From contig CBFDEM010000053.1 in NCBI GenBank assembly GCA_965603825.1, positions 1,426,001 through 1,490,000 of the forward strand: a stretch of 64,000 nucleotides of DNA, given 5' to 3'. Made by a program: the position numbers and the translations under genes. Source of the stretch: Blepharisma stoltei ATCC 30299. Taxonomy: Eukaryota; Protista; Ciliophora. Below the pieces are notes generated by a model that saw only the letters and a list, made by a program, of their open reading frames with translations, made no database searches and had not been told where the DNA came from. Numbering within the stretch: position 1 is the stretch's first letter; the number at the start of each line of letters is the position of its first letter. Below, in pieces: positions 35,324 to 47,100 of this stretch.

Positions 35324-35719
35324 TTAAATATCATTTTCATTACTCGAATTCCCTGAAAAGCTTGCTTTCCTATTTCTAGCTTCAATTGCTTTCGCAAATA
35401 GCCCGTTTGATCTGATACTAATATTATTATCATTTTCAGTCAATGCGTTCTTCAATGATTCACATTCATCATTCAGGGCGTTCACAGCTGATTTCATGCT
35501 ATCTATTTTCTTTTGCAGTGAAAACGAATATCCCTTGAGCATTTTAATTAGGTGAGCATCTTCTTCTTTTTCACGTAGCAAGTTTTCTATTATAGCTTTT
35601 TCTTCTTTAGGCTGAGTGCATTCGTTTTCATAATTTTCTTCTATTATATCAGCAAGAGGCGATGATATAATTCTTTCAAAGCAAGATTGGGAGCGAGCTA
35701 CTATAGGTACTTCAAACAT
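35324..35719 (-). CDS. Hypothetical short coiled-coil protein
   Basis: Intact 131-aa ORF with an AT-rich start context. Confidence 0.7.
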   Translation of the reverse strand: MFEVPIVARSQSCFERIISSPLADIIEENYENECTQPKEEKAIIENLLREKEEDAHLIKMLKGYSFSLQKKIDSMKSAVNALNDECESLKNALTENDNNISIRSNGLFAKAIEARNRKASFSGNSSNENDI

Positions 35720-36182
35720 TTATTTTTTTAATTATTAAGCAGTTTTTTGAAAAAGAAAGCGAGAGAAAGTTTATAATGGGTGATTATATTTAGCCACATT
35801 GATTTTAAGCAAGAGAATTATATGTGAATTTAAATCCATATTTTTGGGTATGGTCTTTATTTAGAAACGTGTCAGAATACGAAGTATATAAGAATTTATA
35901 GACTGAGTAAAGAATTTTTGAATTATAATTCGAAAGAAAGCCCAATCTGGCTGTACCAAAAATATTTTATTTTTATTTGCAGATAATTGCTAGAAATTAA
36001 ATTCATTTCCTATCCTATTAATTTCTAAAACAACTTAACTTTCAATGCGATTAAATTATTTTTCTTTCATATTTTCTATATATAATTTTAATTTATGGGT
36101 TTTTGCAAATTTAAAATTTACTTCCAATATTTTTCAAATTAAATTTATATCCAAAATTGACTTATTCTAAAAATTCCATATA

Positions 36183-37673
36183 ATGAGTTTTGCTCCAGCT
36201 AAAAAATCTCTCTCGTATCGCCCTCCTTCCAATTCCTCTTCATCTCAAAAAAAATCTGCTCCTCGCCCTATTCAGCAACGTCCTGCAGACCCACTTCTTC
36301 AGCGTCTTACTCTTCTTGAAGATGTGGTTGCTAACCTACAGCTTCAGCACGACACATTTATCCCTCTCTTACAACTAATAGGTCAAGTAGACAATGTTTT
36401 AGAACTCGAAAGTGAAGCCAAGACCCTAGTTTCTGCTATTTCTGACTTAGAAAGCCATTGCAGTGAGCAGCAGAAGCTTGTTAAAGAAATCAATGCTCAA
36501 TCTCAAAGCATTCAAATCCCAACGTCTCTTGCTGATGGAGAAGGGGCTGGAGTCCGTCCACTCTCAGAAATGCAGAAAACATTAACTGACATTGAAACTC
36601 ATTCAAATTCTATAGCAGCAAAACAAAAAGTTACCTTGAAAAAACAAGAAGTTTCTAGCAGGGAAGAGATGCTGAGAACTATGCAGGAGCTGGAAAATGA
36701 AGTCCAAGAAGTCAAAAAAGAAGTTGTTGAGCTGCATGGAGAGTTTATTAAAGGAAATTTCAAAGAAATTGGAAATTTAGAAGAAAGGGCCAGCAATGCA
36801 AGATCAAGAGTTAAAGATGATATTGGGCAAGTAGAAACTGCGTTAGAAGACCATGCACTTTATGGAGGAAAAGGAGGAGATAACTGGCTATTAGAAGAAT
36901 TAAACCATAGGGTTGATGACTCTATTTCTGAGCTCAATGAATATTTGGATTATAAACATAGACAGCTTGAAGTTTTTTTCAAACAAGAATTATTATCGCT
37001 AAAAAATCAGCATGAAAAGCTATCTTCAGATTTAGCAAGCATTGAAGCTTATAGAAACGTAGCAGATCCAGCCAAAGAACTTACAGCACTTAATGAAAAA
37101 ATAAAAAATCTGCTCCAAGCAATTGAAAAATTTTCAGACAATTTTGTGATGATGAATGACGTGACGATATCACTAAACCAAAGCTTAGTCGATCTTAATG
37201 ATAAAGCAAGAAGGTATATTAAAACTTATAGAACTACGGACCAATCAAAACAAAATGAGCTTTTCGGAACTGCCAAAGTTGATTTTGATCAATGGCTCAA
37301 AGGATCTTGGTATCAAGTTGAAGCTTTAAGAGAAAATATTGAAAACCTCGACGTCAATATAAATTCAAATTTCTTTAAACTGACTGAATTCTTCCAGCGG
37401 CAAGATAAAGTAAAAGGCGATGCTGAAGGCCCAGGTAAGCCGAGAATTGAAGACTTAAAGCCTAAAGCAAACTCCACAAAATCAAAATTCGAAGAAAAAC
37501 AAGAAAGTTTGCACATAGAGCTGGACAACCTCAAGAAAAGACTATTTGGCCTCTGGAAAGCCATAAATAAAGAAACCAACTTTAACATTGTCTTTCCTTC
37601 CAAGAACGCAAGTGACCAAGAAATATTTAGGAACGCAAGAGATGATTTAATCTCAGACTCAATCAATAGTTAA
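36183..37673 (+). CDS. Hypothetical coiled-coil protein (496 aa)
   Basis: Long intact ORF with heptad-rich composition. Confidence 0.85.
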   Translation: MSFAPAKKSLSYRPPSNSSSSQKKSAPRPIQQRPADPLLQRLTLLEDVVANLQLQHDTFIPLLQLIGQVDNVLELESEAKTLVSAISDLESHCSEQQKLVKEINAQSQSIQIPTSLADGEGAGVRPLSEMQKTLTDIETHSNSIAAKQKVTLKKQEVSSREEMLRTMQELENEVQEVKKEVVELHGEFIKGNFKEIGNLEERASNARSRVKDDIGQVETALEDHALYGGKGGDNWLLEELNHRVDDSISELNEYLDYKHRQLEVFFKQELLSLKNQHEKLSSDLASIEAYRNVADPAKELTALNEKIKNLLQAIEKFSDNFVMMNDVTISLNQSLVDLNDKARRYIKTYRTTDQSKQNELFGTAKVDFDQWLKGSWYQVEALRENIENLDVNINSNFFKLTEFFQRQDKVKGDAEGPGKPRIEDLKPKANSTKSKFEEKQESLHIELDNLKKRLFGLWKAINKETNFNIVFPSKNASDQEIFRNARDDLISDSINS

Positions 37674-37682
37674 TTTAAAGAT

Positions 37683-39188
37683 TTAATCCATTAAATTATG
37701 CCTCCTGCAATTTGATTTCTTATGAAGAAGCCTTGCATAGATGTTAGAGACTGGAGTGGAGCCTTTTGCAATTCCGCCAAAAATTAACGCTTCTCTGACA
37801 GTAAACATGATAAGTCCAGTTAATGCACATATATCGGTGTATTTTTGAGGGTTCAGGTTTTGCTGGTTTCCAACAACAAGATTTTCAAGCAAATCGAGGT
37901 TTTCTTGGGAAAAATCAAAAGTTTGGATTTTTTCGATAATTACAGTATTGATAGGTTGTCCTTCGTGAGCATCTTTGTTCTTGATGTCGAGGAAAAAGGC
38001 TCGGCATTGTTCCCATGCAGCTGTATCGTCTTCTGGGAGAGTTTGCTTCATTAGTTGGAAGAAAACTCGGAAAGCCCAAATTACTTGTTTATCTGGGATT
38101 GTGTCGAAGTAGAATTTTCCATCTTCCATTGTAGTCAGAAGGCTTAAGGCACTGATTGAGCCTGGAGATAAAATGTAAGCGCTAGCTTCTGTAAGCTCTT
38201 CTTCTTTATAATCAGTTTTCAATTGAGATATAAGGGCTTCGATTTCTTCAAGAGTGTTTGGAATTGGTTCTTCACTTTTGCATGATTCTTCGCCTTGGCA
38301 TTCATCGCCGCTTGGAACTGCTTTCACTTCTTCAACAGCAACTTCTTTTTTCTCTTCTTCAATTTTTGGGTGCTTTTTTTCTGGCTGTTTTTTCTTTTCT
38401 TCTAGCTTTTTCTTAATTTCTTCAGGATTTCTCTTTGGCTCTGCTCTACTTTTCTTTTCTTCCTCTGCCTTTTTCTTTGCTTCTTCAAATTTCTTTTTAT
38501 CTTCTTCAGATTTCTTTTTGTTTTCTTCAGCTTTTTTCTTTTCCTCAGCCTTTTTAAGTTCTAATGCTTTTTTTGCTTCAGCTTTTTTACTTTCTTCTTG
38601 TTGTTTCTTAGCAGCTTCAGCTTTTTTCTTATTTTCAGCTTCTTGCTGTTTAAATTTGGCCTCCTCTTCTTTTTTCTTTTTCTCCTCATCTGCAATTCGC
38701 TTTTTCTCAGCCTCAAGTAGCCTTTTCTTTTCTTTGGCTTCCTCGTCTTTTTTCTTTTTTTCTTCAGCATTTCTAGCCTGTTCTTTCTTTTTCTCTTCCA
38801 TCAATTGCTTTTTCTTTAAATCATCTTCTTCACGTTTTTTCTTTAAATCATCATCGCGTAACTTTTTGGCTTCTTCTTTCTTTTTTCGGTCTTCCTCAAA
38901 CTTCTTTTTGCTTTCTTCATTGCCAGTTGATGGACGTGGAGCTAATTGAACTGTTCTTCCGATACTGGCCCTAGTTGTGCTTGGTCTTTTTGGTTCTTTT
39001 TCAGCAAGATTATCAAGATTTATGCTAAGACCTGGTTTAAGCTTTGCTGGTTTTTCATTATGTTCAGCAGATAATTTTTGGAGCAATTCTTCAATTAATA
39101 AGCGCTGGCTTTTCACAGTTGAATGAAGATCTTGTAGCTTTTCATCGATCATGTGCTCAATTCCTGCTTGTATCTCTGTCCACTCCAT
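37683..39188 (-). CDS. Hypothetical protein with a long Lys/Glu single-alpha-helix-like tract
   Basis: Intact 501-aa ORF with about 190 aa of KKK/EEE repeats followed by a globular C-terminal domain. Confidence 0.85.
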   Translation of the reverse strand: MEWTEIQAGIEHMIDEKLQDLHSTVKSQRLLIEELLQKLSAEHNEKPAKLKPGLSINLDNLAEKEPKRPSTTRASIGRTVQLAPRPSTGNEESKKKFEEDRKKKEEAKKLRDDDLKKKREEDDLKKKQLMEEKKKEQARNAEEKKKKDEEAKEKKRLLEAEKKRIADEEKKKKEEEAKFKQQEAENKKKAEAAKKQQEESKKAEAKKALELKKAEEKKKAEENKKKSEEDKKKFEEAKKKAEEEKKSRAEPKRNPEEIKKKLEEKKKQPEKKHPKIEEEKKEVAVEEVKAVPSGDECQGEESCKSEEPIPNTLEEIEALISQLKTDYKEEELTEASAYILSPGSISALSLLTTMEDGKFYFDTIPDKQVIWAFRVFFQLMKQTLPEDDTAAWEQCRAFFLDIKNKDAHEGQPINTVIIEKIQTFDFSQENLDLLENLVVGNQQNLNPQKYTDICALTGLIMFTVREALIFGGIAKGSTPVSNIYARLLHKKSNCRRHNLMD

Positions 39189-39584
39189 TTTTTATAATTA
39201 ATCATAACGTATATCATCCCGAAATTTTAAGGGAAATAAAATTTAAATTAAAATCACTTAATATAGATTTGAGAAAATGGTTAATCAAGTATCAATTTAA
39301 ATTAGAATTTAAAAAATAAAATGGAAGAAATACATGAGCTTTTGATTAAAATTTGTTTGAAATGAATTATATGAGAAAGATGGTAATTTTAACATTTAAA
39401 ACTTATGAAGCGCCAGAATTTATTTTCTTAATAGTTTCGAATAAAAATTATTTAAAAATCACTTTGAAATTATGCTTGCTCAAATCCTTAATGAATAAAT
39501 TCTCCACAAGACGAGTTTCCTTACTTCCCAATATGTGACGTCACAGAAAATTTTAAATCTCGACGATAATAATACCATCCATAC

Positions 39585-40322
39585 ATGGTTATAGAGAGCC
39601 GTCAAAGACCCAGCCGCATACAAGCAATTTTATTAATCCTTTTTGCATTATGCCCATTGCCATGTATAGCATTCGGTCTCTACTATTATCACAATGCATG
39701 GCTGACTATAATTCTCTTCCACATTGTGCTGGCTTCTCTTCCTCTAGCTTATAAGGTATTATTTACTGATGCCCATCTCCTTGATTATACAGCAGGCGAG
39801 CTAAAAGATCCATTAAGAGAGTTACTGTACGGGCTTTGTGCCTCCACAGCGATTGTTTTATTTGTAATGGGTCCCGTCACCTTTGTGTTCTTAAAATATA
39901 AGCCTTTCTTCCTCTGGATTATGGGGCTGGAAGGGATGGTTTGCAATGATTTTGCTATGGATTGTGAAAACATTTTAAATCCTTTGCTCTTTGCTGTGTA
40001 TTTTTCTATCGTCAATCCGGGAATTGAAGAATGCTTCTGAAGGGTGTTTTTGGTAAAAAGTTTACCAGCAGACTATAAGTGGATTATCTCAGCCCTGTAT
40101 GCGAATTATCACTTTGTAAGAGTTATTTAGTTCGTTTGCATAAGATTTGTGGGAATTTATCAGTCGATTTTAGGATTTACCGTAACTTTTGCAGTTGGCA
40201 TATTAATGCAAGAACTGAAAGAAAGATACGGACTATTAACTGTTGTCTGTGGGCACATGGCGTTTGATTTGTGTGCTATGGTAAGAGATATGTAGATGGT
40301 TTGGGGTCTTATATTATACTAA
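39585..40322 (+). CDS. CPBP/Abi family intramembrane glutamic endopeptidase, CAAX protease type II-like (235 aa, two introns)
   Basis: Multi-TM protein. NPGIEECFWR with W = TGA (40038-40040), YANYH and GHMAFD motifs are restored after removing two 15-nt introns. TAA 40320-40322. Confidence 0.85.
40116..40130 (+). other. 15-nt spliceosomal intron
   Basis: gtaagagttAtttag; ends in an in-frame TAG. Confidence 0.88.
40281..40295 (+). other. 15-nt spliceosomal intron
   Basis: gtaagagatAtgtag; ends in an in-frame TAG and matches the previous intron at 13 of 15 positions. Confidence 0.72.
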
Positions 40323-40358
40323 GGCTTTTATAAAATAGATTTAAATAATGTGTTGGAT

Positions 40359-40616
40359 TTAAACATTAGGGACTCCTTCTGCACGTTCTAAGTTGACGTA
40401 GTTTATGGAATTCACGAATTTTGAATGGGTTCGGACAGTCTTTCTGTAGCAGCGATCTAAACATCCTTTTTCTTCATCATTAAGGGATTTATCATATAGA
40501 GAGGTGATGCATTCATCAAAGCAGGCAGACATCATTTTATTATAGCTTCTGATTTCAGAAATGATATATTGGCCTGGATCTCCTCCTTGTCCTACGAACT
40601 TCAATACTGATTGCAT
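40359..40616 (-). CDS. Small Tim chaperone (Tim9/Tim10 family)
   Basis: Twin CX3C motif: YNKM..ACFDEC....L...EKGCLDRC. Confidence 0.88.
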   Translation of the reverse strand: MQSVLKFVGQGGDPGQYIISEIRSYNKMMSACFDECITSLYDKSLNDEEKGCLDRCYRKTVRTHSKFVNSINYVNLERAEGVPNV

Positions 40617-40731
40617 ATTTATATTAAATAACCATTTAGGAACGCATTTTATTAGGGTTTCTATTGAGAATCATATAAAATTAAGATCAAAAGTTTTAGA
40701 TTGGTTCTGGATTAATTATAAGACAATATTC

Positions 40732-41040
40732 TTACTTCTTCAGGAGGCTTCCAGCTACGATCGTTATTTCTCTAATTGTATAGTCTGTAACAAGCCGATT
40801 AACTACATATGGATCATTTTGAGCATAGTCTTTAATCATTTTTTCCTCTCCCTCGAATAAAAGTACTCCAGTGTCGATTGGATTTTGCAAAGCTCCTATC
40901 AAAACTAAACCTCTTGGCTCATATGCTCTTGCATGAGCGATATGAGCATCTCTGTAAGGAGCTCTTTTGTCAACCATTCCTTCTACATACTTGTATGTCA
41001 ACAAAAAGTGCTTGAATCTTCTAGCTTGAAATCCTAACAT
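40732..41040 (-). CDS. YciI-like protein, probably mitochondrial
   Basis: KRAPYRDAHI..GAL..P..G..F..NDPYVVN.LV..Y.IRE with a short presequence. Confidence 0.85.
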   Translation of the reverse strand: MLGFQARRFKHFLLTYKYVEGMVDKRAPYRDAHIAHARAYEPRGLVLIGALQNPIDTGVLLFEGEEKMIKDYAQNDPYVVNRLVTDYTIREITIVAGSLLKK

Positions 41041-41338
41041 TTATATTGAGTTTTTCGAAATGAAATACAACCACTATTTTTTTAATCATTTTGTAACATG
41101 AAATTAAACAATTGTTTATTTGAGTTAAAATCAGCACTATTATTAAATTTTGTAAATTGAAACAGCATTAATTATAAAATATTTTAAAATTGTTATTTTT
41201 TTTTCAAAAATTAAAAATAAATCAAATTCAAGCTAAACTATAATCTGCCTCTCATTTAATAGGAATTCTTAAAATATTAAGGAAGGAAGAAGTAAACTTG
41301 CTTTCTCAATTTTGATCCAAAATGGTTTTTTTAAAAAT

Positions 41339-42319
41339 ATGTACCGACGAGTTGAAAATCGAGACGATGCTATGAAAAATTTCTACACAATCATTGAACA
41401 GCTTGGTGAAGGGACTTTCGGAAAAGTCTGAAGAGCTGTAAATAAATCAACTGGTGAGGAGTTTGCTATTAAGTCTATTGATAAATCCAAGCTTGGCCAA
41501 GATGAAATTACAAATCTGCAGCTTGAAATTGACATAATCTCTCAAGTGGACCACCCAAATATTGTTCGCACTTACGAAGTCTTTGACGAGCCTAGATATT
41601 TGAATTTTGTCATGGAAATTATGAGCGGTGGCGAACTATTCGAAAAAATCGTTGAAAAAGATCATTACAGCGAAAAAGAAGCTGCAGATACCATTCGTCC
41701 AGTTGTAGAAGCAATTAAATACTGCCACGATATGGGAATTGTTCATAGAGATTTAAAACCAGAAAATCTCTTGCTTTCATCAGCAGATGAAGGTGGAATC
41801 TTAAAAATCACAGATTTTGGCTTGGCACGATTTTACGATGACGATTTAATGACGACTGCTTGCGGAACCCCTGGCTATGTTGCCCCAGAAATAATTGAAG
41901 CCCGAGGTTATGGTCTAGAAGTCGACTATTGGAGCGTGGGGGTCATTTTGTATATAATGCTGTGTGGATTTCCCCCTTTTTTTGAAGATAATAATGAGAA
42001 GTTGTTTGACATGATTAAAAGAGGACAATATGAATTCACATCGCCTTATTGGGATGATATTTCTAGCATGGCAAAAGATTTAATTTCAAACTTGCTACAA
42101 GTTAATCCTAGACAACGATTTAATGCAGAAGAAGTTTTAAGACATCCATGGATGACTGGAGAAAACACACCTCGCACGAATATGCCTGAGGTTAGTATGA
42201 AGATAAGAGAATTTAATACAAGGAGAAGATTCAGAAAAGTTGGAAATGCAGCGGTTGCATCAGTGAAACTAATTCATATTGCTCATGAGAAGCATCGAGA
42301 AGAGTATGCAAATTATTAA
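41339..42319 (+). CDS. CaMK1-like Ca2+/calmodulin-dependent kinase (326 aa)
   Basis: ATG 41339. LGEGTFGKVWRA (W = TGA 41429-41431) restores the Gly loop and AIK lysine. HRDLKPEN, DFG, TACGTPGYVAPE and a CaM-binding FNTRRRFRK tail. Confidence 0.92.
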
Positions 42320-42598
42320 AGAATTTTATTAGAAATTAGAAAATAAAAACAATAAGACAATGCTTCTCTTGCATTCATATGCATTTTCTGATACTCTATT
42401 TTTTTGTTATTTCCCTCTTTATTCATATCTTATAAACTCCAATTTCTTGATTTTTTTTTTAAAAACTTCTTCCAATAAAACTCACAAAATTTTGATACTT
42501 TTTGATACAATTGTCCTCTATTCTACTAAGAATTCAATTTATTTTATCAATATTATTTTCTTCTTTTGTTACTGTTAAACTCATTCGTTAATAGTAAA

Positions 42599-44161
42599 AT
42601 GCAGTCAAATAATTCAAGAGGTAAACTTTTCACCTTTAGCGGCCACTACTCAGATAAAAGCAATAAGCTTCCTCAACGTGAAGTTGCAAGCCCTTTAAAT
42701 ATTTCTACCCCAAAACCTTCATCAAAAAGACCATCTTCAGCTGCAAATGCCCATACAGCAGAAAACATTATTGAGTTAATAAGAAAACTAAATGCACAGC
42801 CTGTGACTAATGAAAATGAGCCAAAAACAATGACATCTGGAGAATACAGAAAATTTCTGGAATCACAAGCTAAAAACTTAGGAAAAAATACACAAAACTC
42901 TGCATCGAGCATTCCTGTAAGGAGGGCCAGTTTAACGAGAACTACTCCTCCTACAGCATTAATTAAGCAAGACGACAAAAACGTAATTAGACACAATACT
43001 GTATTATTATCCGGAAAACCACCTTCAGGCAGAAAAATTCCTGCAAGGCAAGAAATTAAGCTTGAATTACCTCCTAGATCTCCATTAGGCCCTAAGACAA
43101 TTTCAGCTATTTTATCGGCAAAAGAAAACTCTTTACCAATTACTAGCCCAACTGATCAAAAGCATAATGGAAAGATTGAAGACTATAAAGTCGACAAACA
43201 AATAGGCCAAGGAGCCTATGCAATTGTAAAATATGCTGTTCATACCCCCACAAATAGAAAAGTTGCATTCAAAACTTATGAAAAAATAAAATTATTAGAC
43301 TCAAATAGAAAGAGAAATGTTATGAGAGAGATTGATATTTTAGCGATGCTAGATCATCCTAATATTGTAAAATTATATGAAACAATTGATACTACAAGAC
43401 AGTTACATATTGTCATGGAATATGTATCTGGGTGCTCTTTGCATGGATATCTTAAGAGAAAGCCTAATAGAAGATTAGAAGAAAATGAAGCGAAAAGAAT
43501 AATCAAACAAATTTTGTATGCGATGGAATATTGCCATGGCAAAAATGTGGCACATAGAGATATAAAACTAGAAAATTTGTTGCTAGACGAAAAAAATGAT
43601 GTAAAAATCATTGATTTTGGTTTTGCAACTTGCTTTCCAAGCGAGAAAAAAGTCAAAATTTTCTGTGGAACTCCAAGCTATATGGCTCCAGAAATAGTCG
43701 CAAGAAAAGAATATGCTGGACCTCCGGTTGATATCTGGGCTATTGGTATTTTAATATTTGTTCTTTTATGTGGACATTATCCATTCAAAGGAAACGGTGA
43801 CAAAGATCTCTACCGAAAAATACAGCAAGGCCAGTTTATTGTTCCTCAGCATGTTTCTTCTATGGCTAAAAGCTTGATTACCCGGATTCTAAAAGTTGAT
43901 CCAGCTAAGCGACCTAAAGTGTCAGAAATCTTGCAAGATCCTTGATTTGCAAGCCAAAATAGCTTTACAATGTCAACAGAAGATTCCCTTCTTGCATCGA
44001 CAAACAATCATGCCTGCTCTATCAATGGTGATATATTAGATTTTGACATAACCTGCAGCACAGTAATTTCTATTCAGAAAAAAATTGGGGATTCCCAATC
44101 GCCATCCCATGCTTTCCCTGCTAAAGAAACCCTTGCCAGTTTTCCTCATTCTCATAACTAA
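42599..44161 (+). CDS. CAMKL (SNF1/MARK-like) Ser/Thr kinase
   Basis: Disordered N-terminus, IGQGAYA, HRDIKLEN, DFG, FCGTPSYMAPE, YAGPPVDIW. LQDPWF with W = TGA (43943-43945) continues to TAA 44159-44161. Confidence 0.9.
44063..44077 (+). other. Candidate stop-less in-frame 15-nt intron
   Basis: gtaatttctAttcag fits the intron consensus, but it is also readable as VISIQ. Confidence 0.55.
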
Positions 44162-44260
44162 ATTTCTTGCTTGTATGTATATAATTTTCCTATCAAACCT
44201 AAAATTTCCTATTGACACTAAAATTGCATTGTAAACCTCTCATAATCCATATTTTAAAGG

Positions 44261-44713
44261 ATGGTCATCAACACTGAGACATGCTCTTTCAGCGAAATGA
44301 AAGTTTGGCCAGGACGTGGAAGCCGCTTTGTGACAAAGGACGGGAAAATCCACATGTTTATTGGGTCAAAAGTGAGATGTCTTTTCCATCAAAGAGTGAA
44401 GCCTGTAAAGCTTACATGGACACAGACTTGGAGACGTGAAAATAAGAAAGGAAGAGTTGAGACTATCAAGAAAAGAAGAGTCCGCAAGGTTGGAAAGATC
44501 CAAAAGGCCTATGTTGGAGCCACTTTGGATGATATTAAGAGAACCAGAGAAGAAAAACCAGAATTGAGACAGGCTAAAAGAGAGCAGGCTATTAGAGAAA
44601 TCAAGGAAAGACAAAAGAAGCAGCAAGCACAACACCAGAAGTTCGAAAAACAGCCTAAACAAGCGGCTCCTAAGGTGATTAAGACAAAGGGAAAAAGAAA
44701 GGGACCTTCATAA
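44261..44713 (+). CDS. RPL24: 60S ribosomal protein L24 (eL24)
   Basis: CSFSEMKVWPGRG..F...DGK..F..KP.KLTWT..WRR.NKK and YVGATLDDI. Confidence 0.95.
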   Translation: MVINTETCSFSEMKVWPGRGSRFVTKDGKIHMFIGSKVRCLFHQRVKPVKLTWTQTWRRENKKGRVETIKKRRVRKVGKIQKAYVGATLDDIKRTREEKPELRQAKREQAIREIKERQKKQQAQHQKFEKQPKQAAPKVIKTKGKRKGPS

Positions 44714-44966
44714 GCTAACTTTTTAACACCCATAAATTGAAATAACAAATAATAAGAAATGTTGGAAGAGGCTAAAATAAATCACTGATAAGTATGCTAA
44801 TGCAAGCTTAGATCTTACTAATAGTATGTAAAAACTATGTAATATATTATACAACCCTAATCCATAATAATTAAACTGCTTATAAAAGTGTTTAATTCAA
44901 AGAAATATTTTGATTCATCTAAATATGAAAAATGCAAGCAAAATTTTTTTTTGAATTTCGTTATCT

Positions 44967-46370
44967 TTAAAAGTCATCACCCCGACTAAGGACCTCTTTG
45001 CAAGTTGGTCTGATGATAAAAGTATGCTCCATTTGAGATACATAGCTTCCACGAACATCACAAAGTGGAGGATAAGGAACCACGATTCCTGCATTCACAA
45101 GATTTCTCAGTGGCAAAATATGTTTTGTCTCTCCATCCCTCTGCAATTGGCGTCTGCTCCAAGGCAAGGTTCCATATTTCTTTTCAATATGTCTTAGCAA
45201 ACCTCTGGCTTTATTGTCACGCAGTGGAATAGGTTTGCCAAAAAGATCAAAATCTATCATGTAATGTGAGCATTCTAAATCATCATGGACTAAGCCTTTT
45301 CCAGTGCTTCCGAAAGTCTCAATTGCATACAACTCCCCTTCTTCCATCTTAGTCTGATCATTATTTTTCACAATTTGGACGCTTTTTCCTCCGTGAATGT
45401 GGAATGGTCCAATGCTGTGCCCATTAAGGTTACGGATTGCCTTTATTGGGTAAGTTCTTCCATCAAGCTCAATTTCGTAGCTTTCTAAGGCTTCTTGGAT
45501 TGCACCTCCGATCTCTGAAAATCTAGCGTCGACACCAGCATGCTTTACACCTTCATTTGTGGCATCTTGTGTGGCGTGGACTAAGTTGTCGAATTTTGGA
45601 TTAAAAGCGACAGTAAAGGCACAGTCAATGATTCTTCCACCAACATGTGTCCCGAAATCGACTTTGCATACATCGTCGTAGCCTAAAGTAACTTTATCAC
45701 CAGGATTAGGTGTGAAATGGGCAGCTACATAGTTTAAGCTGCAGCCTGTTGGAAAACCAACGCCAGCCTCAATTCCATCCCCTTCCAATAAAACTCTTGA
45801 ATAATTTTCAAGCTCTTCACAAAAATCATGCAGATCAAGGCCAGGCTTCAGCACGCTCTGTGCCCATCTTCTAATCTGTCTATGAGCTTCCGCACCCTTT
45901 CTTAGAGCTTCGTAGTCATAAGAATGCAGTCTTTCTAATTCGCGCTTTTCTTCGCTTGTAGCTCTATAGGCATTATCACCTGAGTATTCACATATTTCGC
46001 CTATAGGGAAGTTATTGTTGGGAAATTGCTGACTAATCGGAATTGATGGTGGATTGGTTTGCATGTAATTAGGATTATCATTCCAGTTTTTTAGGAGACG
46101 TATGTGAGAGTTATCTTGGAAGCGATTTACTGTGGCAACTACTGGGGCTGCTGATTCTTTGGCAGGCTTTTTACGATTTCTTTTCTTTTTCTTTTTAGCT
46201 GGGGCAGCATCTTTAGATTCTTCAGGATTTGGGTCTTTGGATTCTTCTGTGGATGCAGGATCTGGTTGCTCTTGAACTGCTGGAGAAGTATTTTCAGGTT
46301 CGGCTAAGGATTTTTCTGCTTCTACCTCTGAAAGAGTTTTGGCTGAATCATGTTGATTCTCACTTTCCAT
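44967..46370 (-). CDS. METAP2: Methionine aminopeptidase 2
   Basis: Poly-Lys N-terminus, [53 protein letters not shown] and SRGDDF. Confidence 0.96.
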   Translation of the reverse strand: MESENQHDSAKTLSEVEAEKSLAEPENTSPAVQEQPDPASTEESKDPNPEESKDAAPAKKKKKRNRKKPAKESAAPVVATVNRFQDNSHIRLLKNWNDNPNYMQTNPPSIPISQQFPNNNFPIGEICEYSGDNAYRATSEEKRELERLHSYDYEALRKGAEAHRQIRRWAQSVLKPGLDLHDFCEELENYSRVLLEGDGIEAGVGFPTGCSLNYVAAHFTPNPGDKVTLGYDDVCKVDFGTHVGGRIIDCAFTVAFNPKFDNLVHATQDATNEGVKHAGVDARFSEIGGAIQEALESYEIELDGRTYPIKAIRNLNGHSIGPFHIHGGKSVQIVKNNDQTKMEEGELYAIETFGSTGKGLVHDDLECSHYMIDFDLFGKPIPLRDNKARGLLRHIEKKYGTLPWSRRQLQRDGETKHILPLRNLVNAGIVVPYPPLCDVRGSYVSQMEHTFIIRPTCKEVLSRGDDF

Positions 46371-46650
46371 TTTGTTAATTGTATGATTTAAGGATGGAGA
46401 TACGGAGATGGCTTTTATTTGAAAAAAATATAATTAACCTTATTAAAAATAAGGATTGCTATTTAGGCTATAATTTTTAAATATTTTGATCTAGATCCAT
46501 ATTATATTTTGAGTTAACCTTTATTACAACGAACTTTAAATTTTGCTTGGTCAATATAAGCATTAAGCTAGAAAGCTTAAAGCTGGTATTCTTCTTACAC
46601 AGCACAAATTAAATTTATCATGTTTGAATAATATAATTCCATTTATTTTC

Positions 46651-46980
46651 TTAATTGTCGGATTTATACTTCTTTAGCGTCCCTTGGCTTATTCTTTCCT
46701 GAAGCTCATTTACTCCTCCAATATACAGTCCTTCTACAAAGACATAAGGAAACCCTTCTTTGTGTGTATAATTTTTAAGGTCTTCTTTTATTTTATTAGT
46801 CCTCTTACTCACCTCAATTACTTTGAAATTTACACCTTCAGAATATAGTTTCATTTTGGCATCTAATGAAGTTGAGCATCCAGTTTTACTGAAAATCAAA
46901 ACGCTATTGTTTGAAATTTCTTTTGCAATTGAAAAATCGCCTTCTGTGTTCTCCACTGCAGAACAACAATAAGCACCCAT
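46651..46980 (-). CDS. Glutaredoxin-like protein with N-terminal acylation motif
   Basis: MGAYCCS start; IFSKTGCSTS active-site region, cis-Pro motif FPYVFV and YIGG. Confidence 0.8.
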   Translation of the reverse strand: MGAYCCSAVENTEGDFSIAKEISNNSVLIFSKTGCSTSLDAKMKLYSEGVNFKVIEVSKRTNKIKEDLKNYTHKEGFPYVFVEGLYIGGVNELQERISQGTLKKYKSDN

Positions 46981-47100
46981 TTTGCTTATCAAAATTATTT
47001 GATTTTCGTCTCCATAGTTTTTATAAAATGATCTTATTAAGCAATTTTAAATAATTTTCTAAATTTTTGTAATATGAACCTTTTTTTAATTATAATCAAT

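Noticed and set aside
38254-38949. 231-aa Phe/Ser-rich ORF and similar antisense ORFs (6509..6940, 11126..11677, 29874..30374, 33475..34209, 62305..62838)
   Set aside because: Shadow frames of Lys/Glu-rich or conserved genes on the opposite strand.
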